64,000 bases of DNA from the human T2T-CHM13v2.0 reference genome, Homo sapiens. A program made the translations under genes and the position numbers. The notes beneath the pieces are model-generated. The model was given only the letters and a program-made list of their open reading frames with translations, was not told the DNA's origin and ran no database searches. This document shows, one piece after another, positions 46,563-57,879 of the stretch (position 1 is its first letter; each line of letters starts with the position of its first letter). The DNA lies in the NCBI RefSeq assembly GCF_009914755.1, contig NC_060931.1; one strand, written 5' to 3'.

Positions 46563-47497
46563 TATTTTTGGAGGTACCTCCTCCAGTGTCCATGCATGTC
46601 CCCATGTTATTATTTTCTGTGTTCTGCTGCAGCCTCTTTTTGTGTTTGTCACCTGTCTGGGATTCCGCAACCATCCCACTGTATCCTCCTTCGCTCTCTT
46701 TCTTTCTCTCCCTCCCCATCCCACCCCCGTTTGTCTGTCTTTTTAGTAACAAATAGCAAGTTTCTCCAGAAGTAGTAGTCATAACACAGCATATCTAGTA
46801 ATGAGTCAAGTTTTGTAGCTTGAAGAACTTTAACAGTTTATTAGCTTTGGTATTCACATTTCAAGTCAATTAAATCCAACCAACATTCTTGAAAATGCAA
46901 GATTTATAGATATCTGGAAAAGCAATTCACAGATACTAAGAACAACAATAAAAGGCATGACTTCTGCCCTTAAAAAAAATCACAGTTGGTTGTACTTTGG
47001 GGCCATTCCTATTACCATTGGCAAGTCCTCTGAATAGAGTGACTTTTGTCGTGCACTGTGCTTTGTTGGATAAATTAAATCCATTTTAATAATATAATTG
47101 ATGGTCATTGTTATCTACTAACACTTATTGAAAGACAGTAAAAGACATTGGATATTTTAATTACTTTTTTGCTTATAGAAAAGGAAATTGTGTTCTAGAG
47201 ACCTGGCCATAGAAAAGTAGGTCTAGAAAGAGTGGAGAGTAGGGAGGGTGGAAACCAAAAGGGCCGGTGAGCTGCTGTGGGGATGATGGTGTGCTTGTGA
47301 ACAGCACGGCTGCTTAAAAACACAGACCCTTTCCTGAAAGACCTACAAGTGCTAACAAGAAACAAGAAGGAAGGTGAAACATGATCCCTTGCCTTACGGA
47401 GATTTATTAATAATTCTGAAATAAAAAATGGATTTTTTTTCCCCACTGACTTATTATGTGTCCAATTCAAACCTTTATCTTTTATTTTCTTATTCTG

Positions 47498-47777
47498 GAA
47501 AATGGGTTTTTTCACAACATGAATCTTATTACAATAAATACTGAGCTGTGTTATGCAAAATACAAATGATTGAATCTTAAACTTTCCATTATTTAGCTGA
47601 ACTTCAGTGATAAGGAAATGAAAAATGAGTCAATTTGCAAAATCTGTTGAGTTTTTATGTGTTGCCTCTTAGGTAATGACTTTGTTCATTATAACAAAGT
47701 TGTTTATGTGAAAAGAAAACAATTCAGTCAACTGAAACAACTTCAGAGTTCTGAAAAACCAACAATGCCAATGTAGT
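47498..47777 (+). repeat. Copy 2 of the ~275-bp dispersed duplication (block order B-S-A)
   Basis: B (47498-47598) matches 46460-46562; S+A (47597-47777) matches 46290-46457. Confidence 0.9.
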
Positions 47778-47829
47778 AGATTAAACTTTTTATTTTTGTT
47801 CGAAATGTTGGCATGTTGCTAACCTTAAC

Positions 47830-48025
47830 ATTGGATTTCCGTGTTTGAAATCTGGCTCCTCAACTTACTGCAATACCCTGACAATTTTTTTAGACCTCTC
47901 CATGTCTTATTTTTCTTATCTGTAAAATGCAAGTAATAATAGAACTTATTTCCTTGGGTTGTTGTAAGGATTAAATAAGTTAAAGCAAATTTTAGAAAAT
48001 TGCCTGGTACAGAGTAAGTGTTTCC
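47830..48025 (+). mobile_element. MIR (SINE)
   Basis: ttttcttatctgtaaaatg...gggttgttgtaaggattaaataag...tgcctggtacagagtaagtg. Confidence 0.85.
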
Positions 48026-48137
48026 TCCTCCTCCTCCTTCATCATCATGATTATTCTATCTTAGGCAGGTTGGTTGACTCATCAAATACTTTTTTCAATG
48101 ATTAAGAGTGAATTTACATTATTATTTTTTAAATTAA

Positions 48138-48429
48138 TTTTTTTTTTTTTTTTTTGAGACAGAGTCTTGCTCTATTGCCCAGGCTGGAGTGCAGTGGGAC
48201 GATCTCGGCTCACTGCAAGCTCCGCCTCCTAGTTCATGCCATTCTCCTGCCTCAGCCTCCTCCGTAGCTGGGACTACAGGTGCTCGCCACCATGCCCAGC
48301 TAATTTTTTGTATTTTTAGTAGAGACGGAGTTTCACCATGTTAGCCAGGATGGTCTCAATCTCCTGACCTCGTGATCCGTCCACCTTGGCCTCCCAAAGT
48401 TCTGGGATAACAGGCGTGAGCCACTGTGC
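48138..48429 (-). mobile_element. AluY inserted into the poly(A) tail of an AluJ
   Basis: gcaagctccgcc, catgccattc, gggactacag, ttagccaggatggtctc and ctcgtgatccg diagnostics. Confidence 0.94.
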
Positions 48430-48434
48430 TAAAA

Positions 48435-48726
48435 TTTTTTTTTAGAGATGGAGTCTCACTCTGTTACGCAGGCTGGAGGGCAGTGGTGCAATCATAGCTC
48501 ACTGCAGCCTCGAACTCCTGGGCTCAAGTGATCCTTGAGGCTTAGCCTCTGGAGTAGCTAGGACTATAGGTCTATGTCACCAAGTCCAGATAATTTTTAA
48601 ATTTTTTTGTAGAGACAAGGTCTCACTATACTGCCCAGGCTGGTGCAAACTCCTGGCCTTAAATGATACTTCCGTCTTGTCCTCCCATAGCACTGGGGTC
48701 ACAGGTGTGAGCTACCACACTTGGCC
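48435..48726 (-). mobile_element. AluJ
   Basis: J diagnostics (atcatagctcactgcagcctcgaactcctgggctcaagtgatcc). The outer TSD tgaatttacattat (48109-48122) / tgaattaacattat (48727-48740) encloses both Alus. Confidence 0.93.
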
Positions 48727-50304
48727 TGAATTAACATTATCTTTCAGAGAAGTTCAACTAAAAGTGTCTGTGGTGAGACAAGTATACCCTGTGGATGCAG
48801 TCATTGTACAAATGTTCAATTCATGATGCTTGTCATTTAATATATTCTCCTAACTTACCATTTAATTCACGGATGACTCAAATGACTGAAAGAACATTGG
48901 CCCTCCTCTGTCTTCTTATTTGCACAGAGTTGAAGCAAGTAGTAGTTTTCTTTTAAAAAGAGAAATTGCACATGGGTTTATTTTAGATATATTCTGTTCT
49001 ATTCTCTCTCTGTCTTTACAGGATGTAACAATAAACTCCCTAGTGGGTGGGATGAAAGGAAGCCTCACTCTGACTCTGACCTGGTGCCCCTCAGTGGCCA
49101 GATGCCAGGGGGAGGAATGTTTAAATTCATTCCAGAGGAAATAGCTTTGCGGTTGGCTTCAGCAAAGGCAAAAGGCATTGGATTTATTTAATAGCGATTA
49201 AAGACCATTCATTCATCATACATAATACATAATAATTACAGAGAGAATTCTGTAACCATTTCTGTATCTACTGAAGGCAAACAAAGCATATTTGTGGGTT
49301 GTCGGGAATAAAGTTTTATGTAACTGGTATGAAGTGAGCAAATTTCTAGAAGGGGCTTCCCCTGGCCAAGGGCTTTTCCCTCTTGTGAATGTAGTCCGTG
49401 TTTCTTCTTTCCACTTGTTAATGTAAGACTTCTATTGGCAGAATCTCTCTTACCCATATCCACTGCTAACACCCTCTCTGTCCCTCACCCCACTGTCCCC
49501 ACCAACCCAGCCCTGTTTATCTCACATTTAGTTACAAGCTATGCGGTGCTTCTTCTCCTAGTCTGGAAACTGTTGACAAGAGTCTTCACTGTTTTTAAAA
49601 CTGCCTTTAGTGAATAGCTACTACCCTGCAATGCCCTCATTTGAGCTGTCATTACCTTGAGCTGACTCCAGTAAGGTGCATAGGAGGCCCCCATGTGCCA
49701 AGGTGTAGGAGTGTTTTCCGGGCCTCAATGTATCAAAGCTACACTGGATTCTGTCCAGAAGTCGATTTTGTAGCTTTTCTGCTAAATTTCTCACAGGAGT
49801 CGCAAAGCAGAGCTACTTTTTACCCAATGCCTGATAGAAATTTTGGTGAACATTACTTTTATTTGCTTTTAATTTGTGGGCCTATTTGCTTCCTAGGATG
49901 CAGAGCACAAATCTGTGAGAAATGAACAAGAAGGCAAATCTGAGCCGCAGACACTAGGATGAGTCAGAATGACATCTCCCCCTAGAGCCCGGGGCTCTGC
50001 TATTGAATCATGTCTCTGCGTCTGACATCTTGGGATGAGTTTTCCTCTCAGGCTCCTGCTGGGCCATCCATCAGTGTCCTAGGGATGTCTATGGGAAGAT
50101 ACCACTTAGGCTCAGGCTAGACTTGGACTCTGAAGACTTTTGTGAATCTTAATAGAGTTTCTTCTCAATGGGATGGTTATGAGTTGGGGAAAGATCAAGA
50201 CTTTAAAATAGGAAAACTGGCAGTCAAGGAAATTTAAATTACAACGTCAATGGGTTACTAGTGTTAGACTCTGGTATACATAATCACATACACACATACA
50301 CATT

Positions 50305-50690
50305 TAAAGATAGGAAGGAAATATACTAAATTATAACCATGATTATCTCTGGGGTGTGGGATCATGGATGATTTTTATTATTTTTTAATGTTCTTATATT
50401 TTCCACTTTTATAAAATTATAATTTTATAGTTGTAAAATTATAAAATTATAATTTTGTAGTTGTAAAATTATAAAATTATAATTTTGTAGTTGTAAAATT
50501 ATAAAATTATAATTTTGTAGTTGTAAAATTATAAAATTATAATTTTGTAGTTGTAAAATTATAAAATTATAATTTTGTAGTAAAATTATAAACTTATAAT
50601 TTTGTAGTTGTAAAATTATAAACTTATAATTTTGTAGTTGTAAAATTATAAAATTACCATGTGTGTTTTTCATATTTAAAAAAACATTAA
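50305..50690 (+). mobile_element. L1ME-like 3' end containing a minisatellite
   Basis: aagataggaaggaaatatactaaa...gattatctctggggtgtgggatcatggatgattttt...ccatgtgtgtttttcata. Confidence 0.6.
50411..50656 (+). repeat. AT-rich minisatellite, 30-bp unit ataaaattataattttgtagttgtaaaatt x ~8.3
   Basis: Directly visible. Unit 6 lacks ttg; units 7-8 carry an a>c variant. Confidence 0.98.
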
Positions 50691-50984
50691 CTTTCTCTTT
50701 AAGGAGAATAAATATCAGTGATATATAGCTGGCCAACAGAGGATGGAGGTAGAACTGACAGATAATGATGACAATGTAATACAAATTACTGAACTTTTTA
50801 ATCTTCATTCCTTGGTCTTTTGTCAGCCCCAGAAAATTGAGGCAGCTTAGCAGGACCAATAAGAACAGTTAGGTTTCGATCTCGTTGTGGAATTCAGATT
50901 TTGGATTTGGTATTTGCAAGGTCTTAAAGCATACAGAAGCAAGGTGAAACATCACCAGTCATCCAGTGGTTTACATTGAGTGTA

Positions 50985-51495
50985 CTGCTGACCCTTGAAC
51001 AACCTGGGTTTGAACTACACGGGTCCACTAACATGCAGATTTTTTTCAACCAAAGGTGGATCAAAAATACGGTATTCAGGCCGGGAGCGGTGGCTCACGC
51101 CTGTAATCCCAGCACTTTGGGAGGCCGAGGCGGGCAGATCACGAGCTCAGGAGATCGAGACCATCCTGGCTAACACGGTGAAACCCCGTCTCTACTAAAA
51201 ATACAAAAAAATTAGCTGGGCGTGGCAGCGTGCTCCTGTAGTCCCAGCTACTCAGGAGGCTGAGGCAGGAGAATGGCAGGCAGGTGAGCCGAGATCGCGC
51301 CTGGGGGACAGAGTGAGACTCCGTCTCAAAAATAAAAAAATAAAAAAAATACAGTACTCATAGGATGTGAAACCTGAGGATATGGAGGCTAGATTTCTTG
51401 TGTATATGTGTGATCTGCAGGGCTGATTGTGGGACTTGAGTGTACTTGGATTTCGGTATATGCGGGGTCCTGGAACCAATTGCATGGGACAACTG
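50985..51495. mobile_element. MER2B (TcMar-Tigger MITE) interrupted by AluY
   Basis: ta|ctgctgacccttgaacaacctgggtttgaactacacgggtccact...gggacttgag...gtcctggaaccaat...gggacaactg|ta; TA TSD. Confidence 0.88.
51079..51344 (+). mobile_element. AluY with two internal deletions in the right arm
   Basis: ggccgggagcggtggctcacgcc...gagatcgagaccatcctggctaacacggtg. TSD aaaaatacggtattca (51063-51078) / aaaaatacagtactca (51345-51360). Confidence 0.95.
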
Positions 51496-53785
51496 TATAC
51501 AGCCCACATATTCAGATCATTTTAGTTTTGGCTTTCTGATTGGGTGCTTGGGCATGGTAATGAGGAGAGTGGTTTAGAGGAAATACTATGGCATATGAAT
51601 GAACCATATTTCCTAAAACGAGTTTTCCCCCGTATTAATTAGGGACAAGCAGCTGTCTGGAAGGAAATCTGTAGGAGAGAAATAGGAACCAATATTTTCT
51701 ATTTTCTTTTTCAATAATTCTGTTTAAGACACAAATCCTTGATTTAGTCCAAAGCAGTTCAACTAAAATAGAATGGACCTTGCTTAGTGTTAAGTGTTTA
51801 TTGCATATATGTCCTTCAAGTGATACTGTAATTCGAATAAACCCACTAAGAGTTTGCCCTCTTAGTCTTTTGGAAAGAATAGAGACTATCAGTAGAAGAT
51901 AAGTTAAAAGCATCCTATGTTATGTTTTCTCAAAAGTAAACTCTTTTTCAGGGCAAGGCCCCTGGTGCAGGTTAATCTTCCTTAAGCATGGTTCTAGTTA
52001 CTTTCCTGATTAAAAGCCTCCAGTGACCCCACTGAGTTATTCAAATTGTATTATTATTTTTTAGAATGAAGACTCCTTTGTTTAAACAACAATTATTGTA
52101 GAATCCGATAAATGCAGAGTGTACAGGGAAAAACCTGTAACTATTGTAGCAAAATGTTGACTCCAAGTGTCCCCACATTTTAAAAATTGTGTCAGAATTC
52201 ATCCTAGGAGCAGGAATGTGCTTCTGTTTGGGAGAACAATAGGTTATGCAAAGACATGAAGGGAAGGCATGAGGACAAAGAGGATCATAATAAAGTAAAA
52301 GGATGGTTTCCTGCCTTGGTTTGGTGTATTCCCAAGATGTTAGTTAATTGACGCTTCAGCCTGGACTGGTGGCAGATGTGATGTGGGGCAGGCCGAGGCC
52401 TGGGGATGGGCTTGAAGGCTGATTCCACTCTGGAATCCGGCGCGTTAGTATTGATTTTGAGTTTTGTTTTCCTCTTCTGCATTATCATTCCCTTAGGACA
52501 GCCTCAGATTTCAGTAAAGCTGATTAGCTTAACAGTCTAAAACCTGTTTAGTATATCAGCCACCTTGGGGAATGCAGGAGCAGACAGCTCATGGAGGAGC
52601 AGAGATATATCCAGGGGTGATCAGAGTGGAAGGGGGGCAACCCTTCGGATTTAGAGGAGAGAAGAATCAACTCAGACATGTAAGTCCTCCCAGATAATCC
52701 CCAGAAAGATTTGGCAAATAACTAGATTTTCTGCTCATAAGATACAAGTTTGGCCTATTTTATTTGGATATCAGGAAAAGGGCAAGCTTTAGGCTAGAGG
52801 ATTTGGAAGCACTCAGATTCTAAATTAAATGGATAAAGGTAAAGATGCTCTAGGATTCTTCATTTTCCTGAAGAGGTTCTCAGAGCCCACAGAATATTAG
52901 TATTGTCCTTGATACATGGCAGATAATCAATAAAGAATGGCTGAACTAATGATTAAATAAACAATGACCGATAACCAACAACACAGGGTCTCCAGTTTAA
53001 AAGATGGCCACTGAAAGAGGTTTTGTCAAAGTTAAAATACCTGAAAAAATGAAAAAATTAGACACCTGTACCATAGATAAGTTGTTTGGGTAGAAACAAA
53101 AATTATGATTTTTTTCTAGATTATAGCAAAATAATCATCCTATTTCAAGGTTTACGAAAAAATATCAAGCTGGTGACATTTACTAGAAAAGGATCAATTG
53201 ATAATCTGGATAGCTTTCTTTATCCAGTGTAAACACGATTTTAAAACATTTATATTACTATCTCATTTTGAATTAGTGAAGAAATGAGTTGTCTGCTTCC
53301 GTATGTGTAGCTGAATAAATAAAATTTACCAATTTTACAAGAACATAGTCCTTTTGTACACATCATCTATTAAATCCTCATGGTTTAAAAAAGTTTGTAT
53401 GTATGTATGTGGTGTGTGTTTATTATGGGAACAGAAGAGAGGGACAGACGTATACAGCGTTGAAAACAGAATTGTATGGGCGAATTAGAGCTGCTCTTTT
53501 CCATTTTGGGACAAGCAAAGGAAGGTCTTTTTAGAATTAAAATTCATAAGCTTTGGTTGTTTTTGAAAGGAAAATAATAAATAAACAGTGAGTCCTGAAG
53601 GATGTAAAATAGGCAGTGCCGGCTCAGATGCCTCCCGTGTGACACTGCTCAGCATAGAGGCCATAATAACAGAGTTGGGTTGACCAAGGGATTTGGGCAA
53701 TGTCCATTTTCTCCAGGGTATGAACTCAAGAAAGAAGAAGAAAAGAACTGGTTCTCCAATCGTGTCTTTATCAGGAATCTAAATA

Positions 53786-54020
53786 GAGACTGAGCTTCCC
53801 AAATCTGAAAATCCAAAATCTGAAATGCCCTAAAATCTGAAGCTTTTTGAACACTGACATGGTGCTCAAAGGAAATGCTCATTGGAGCATTTTGGATTTC
53901 AGATTTTCAGATTTGGGTGCTCCATTGGTAAGTATAATGCAAATATCCCAAAATCTGAAAAAATTTGAAATCCAAAACATGTCTGGTCCCAAGCATTTTG
54001 GATAAGGGATACTCAACTTG
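53786..54020. mobile_element. Tigger4a (MER46A)
   Basis: ta|gagactgagcttcccaaatctgaaaatccaaaatctgaaatgc...ggtcccaagcattttggataagggatactcaacttg|ta. Confidence 0.9.
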
Positions 54021-54052
54021 TATCCTTTTCTCCAAATCCAAGGTTTAAAAAA

Positions 54053-54345
54053 TCATTTAATTCACAATTTGTGGGCAACCTACTAATATGCCAAACATTG
54101 TGCTGGGAGTGTGGATGGGATATAACAGTGAACAGAGAGTAGTCCCTGCCTTTATGGAGTATACACTAGAGGGACACAGTAGTCAAATATGAAACTGTAA
54201 GCCATGTTATGTGCTATGAAAGAAAGGAGGGGATGCTCTAGGTGTGCTGTGGGCAGAAGTTGGCTGGGATGAGGTGTGGACAAAGACTGGTAGTCAGGAA
54301 ATTCTTTTCCAAAGATTTGACAGCTGACCCGAGATCTTAAGGATG
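54053..54345 (-). mobile_element. L2 fragment
   Basis: acctactaatatgccaaacattgtgctggg...aacagtgaacag...agtccctgcctttatggag. Confidence 0.7.
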
Positions 54346-56524
54346 ACTGCCTTTACTTTAAGGAATTTATTACCTCTTAATAGTTTACCGGCAATCTTAG
54401 TGGTTAAATGCCCCTTTATGGATGGAAACATGAAGTACCCATAAGGTAAGTGATTGAATTAAGGTCAAACAAGTAAACAGTTTCTTTGTTATGAAAACCT
54501 GTCTCTTGGTTCTGTCTGGTTAATCTCACTAGAGAAAACAGTCTTCTTCAATAAGTAAAAACAGCCTGGTTTTATTACAACTCCAGGTGGACGTCTCCAG
54601 GGATGTTGTACTTGTAAGCCTACACCAGAATGCTGTCCAGGAAGACAGAAGTCAATTTTCATATAAATAGCATTTGAATTTATAAAGATGAGGATGGATT
54701 TCTTTTTAAAGATGATTTTCTGGTAGAGCATATAGTCAAGATGGTACAAGGTTATTTTCACATATCGTTTGAGTAGCTCCGACTGTTTTTAAACACCACG
54801 CTGACTTTTTTTTTCTTTTTCCAGAGTCCCTCTATGATTGAGTAAAGCCAGACTGACAGCAGCTATAATGACTCTGAAATCTTTATTAGTCCTTTACACT
54901 GTTTTCATTCTCCTCGTGTGTGTCACTCTCATTTCGCACTGAGATATTTTAATGAGTTTCTGAATGATTGTTTTCTACTCTTCTTAATATCCCTGCTCAG
55001 GTCACTAAATTAGAGGAAAGCATTTTAGCAAATGGGAACGGAAACAAAAAGTATCATTAGCAGGAGGCCTACTGAAATCACAGCTATTAGGAATGTGAAA
55101 TGTCTCTTGACTCAAAGTGTGGAAAAGATGCTGGCAGATGGAAGGGTTAATTACTAGACACTGGCTTCAAAGGAGACAGGGCAAGCTTATAAGATCGATT
55201 TGTCGGTGGTGGTAAAGCACATTTTTTTTTCTCCTATTGCATTCTGCAATGGCTAAATTCCCTGTCTTGGAATTTGTTAGGTGGGATAAACAGCTGCACA
55301 GATCTTAATTTTCTAATCTTTTTGTGGGATTTCATCTTCAGTAGACTAGGAATCTGGCTACTAGAAACAAAATGTCAGAGTTTTCACTTTTAAAACACAG
55401 GACAAACAAATTGCAAATACTCATGACTTGCTATGTTTTTAAATGTTTTCCCATTTCTCTTTACCTGTGGTCACTCATAGGGCATCTGATTTTCTTCCCA
55501 TCCAAGGAGTTGATCTAGAGGAAAACTTCAATCTTTTTTTAAGCACAATACGTCAGTCTGAAAAAGTATGTATTATTACAAAAAGATACAGAATTCTAGT
55601 TTTTAGGTACCGTTTCCATCCATCTCTATGACAGGAAGTTGTTTCCGGTGCAGAAACATTGTTCTCATTGTGCAAATCACTGATGGGAATTAGAGAAGTA
55701 GCTCTTGTTCTCAAATTCATTCTCTGTGGGACTGGTAAGCATATTGGCCCACCAAATGAATTTCCTTGGTGGCTCATAGCTAACCACTATGTCTTATGCA
55801 CAGTAGGTATTCAATAGATGTTTTTAAAAATCAAATTAAATTGTTTGGGCCAGTCTACTAAACAAAACTGTGGATCAAGCGTGTTTGAAAGTGGAAGAGT
55901 TCCTCTATTTGCATATCTCTGACAGTGGAACCAAATGACTCCCTTCCCCATTTAAGAAATGTCACAATTGATTGATAGTAGAAAAGGAGGAGCCTCAATG
56001 ATACCTGCAAATTTACAAGTAGATAACTACGCACTCACTGCATAAAATGAACTCTATTTAAGTTATATGGATCGCTTCAGTTTACGTCCACATTTCTGTA
56101 TGGAAAGGCCTATTCTGAATGCCTGATAATTGTATGTGTAAGAGTTGGTTGTTTTGTTTATATGAATGTGGTTTTTGCCAAAAATGTCATAACAGGCATT
56201 GATAAGTGAAGATGCTTAGAAAGAAGTAATTACAAATGGTAAACATTAGGTCAGTATTGTAAAGAAATATCCTTGGATGTCAATACAGAAGAATGAAAGT
56301 GTTTGAGATAAATCTTATGTTAATTCTGAAGATCTCTATGTCCACACACAGCAACAGACCAATGAGTTAGTTACCCAGACTCCTGGTTCTGGACTAAATT
56401 ATTCCTTTGTCCCTTCTATTTGGTAGCATTTTTTAATTTAGAAGAAATATTATCAACAAGAATGCAATTTTCAAAGTCTAGGGGATCTTTTCATAATTCT
56501 GGATAGGAAATACTTTTATAATGT

Positions 56525-56645
56525 GACTTCATTGTAATTACATGTTTGTCTTCCCCCCCTTGACAGTAAATCCTTGAGGGCAGGAACTCTGTCTATTCCC
56601 TTGGTTTCTGTATCCTCAGAGTCTAGCACAGTATATTTAGTGACA
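56525..56645 (+). mobile_element. L2 3' fragment
   Basis: tgtcttccccc...gacagtaaatccttgagggcaggaactctgtct...tgtatcctcagagtctagcacagt. Confidence 0.75.
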
Positions 56646-57879
56646 CTAAAAAAACTGTGCACACCTCTTAATGCTATTGTATCATTAATTCTAGATTGCC
56701 CTGTACCAAATAGAATGTTTGCCTTTAAATGAAGTTGTTTGCTACATTTTATGATGTGATTTTATTATATTCATGTCCAACTCTTAAATTTGTAATAGAT
56801 AGTAGTTTAGCTTTTAAAGTAGAAGTCAAAGGGAAATAAGGTAAAAACCTTTGCTGAAACACTGGTTCTGTGCCTGAAAAAAATCAAGATTGAGTTAAGT
56901 GATGGGGCATCTATAATGGAGGTACATTTTCACTTGAATCATTGGCAATATGGCTTGTCTTCAGGTCAGCAGCTTGAAGACCTACCTCTTAAATGGTGAT
57001 GCATTCTTAAAAATATTGTTTTCTCAAGTATATTCAAGTGGGAATCTGAATAACTTTAGTTCTTATGTCATGATGTTAATACTGAGTAACGCAGGATAAG
57101 AATGTCACAGGGTTTTAGTTTCCATATCTTTTAAAGAAGACTAGTAGTGTCTGTACTTACGATTTAGAACACAGGTGCCAGCAGTTGTGCCTAGGTAGAT
57201 AAGCCCGAATCACATGCACCAATAATCGAAAGGGTCAGAGATGAAGCACTCAATGAAGCTGCGGAAAATTAATTCATCCTTCAAATATTTCTGAAACAGC
57301 AGTTAGGAACCAAGTGATCTCTATGAAATGAAGGAGGGGAATAGACAGACGGCAGCTCTGTGCTCCTGGACCAGGGCTCTTATGTAATACCCAATGAAAT
57401 GGGATTCGGTCCCGGGATGGCCAGACCGTGCTCTGAGGAAGCAGGAAATTGGAAGCATCTGGTTGAGGTGATGAATATGTGGGGAGGAGAAAATAGAAGC
57501 TTCTCGATGGCAGATTTTGAAGCACAGGTGCTACCAAATACATTATCACCCAAACCTGAAAATTCAAAGCTAAGTATGTATAGAGCTTTGGTACTTGACA
57601 TATGGTGTTTCAAATATAAAAATTATAGACCATCTGTCAAGTCTAGTGGAGCTTATCTTTGAAAGGATCACTGAAGACTGGAGAGCCTGCTACATTTTCA
57701 CACCTAGAAGTGACTAGACAATCAATACATATTAATTGAGTTGTCATTATGGATGCAGGTCTAGTTGCTGTAGAGAGTTATAGAAAATGTAGAAAATATG
57801 GTCTTGTCCTTCAAAACCTAAGGTAAGACAAAAACAGAGGGGCAGATGATGACCTACATGCATGGCTTTTGACTTACTC

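Noticed and set aside
47565-47735. Permuted block as a C/D-box snoRNA (atgattga ... ctga)
   Set aside because: There is no proper RUGAUGA box C or terminal stem, and the arrangement is broken in the other copy.
50425-50859. 144-aa ORF with LQLQNYNFII repeats
   Set aside because: It is a translation of the 30-bp minisatellite, with no coding evidence.
57360-57662. 100-aa ORF in unique sequence
   Set aside because: It has a non-ATG start, no recognisable homology, no clear splice acceptor, and a length expected by chance.
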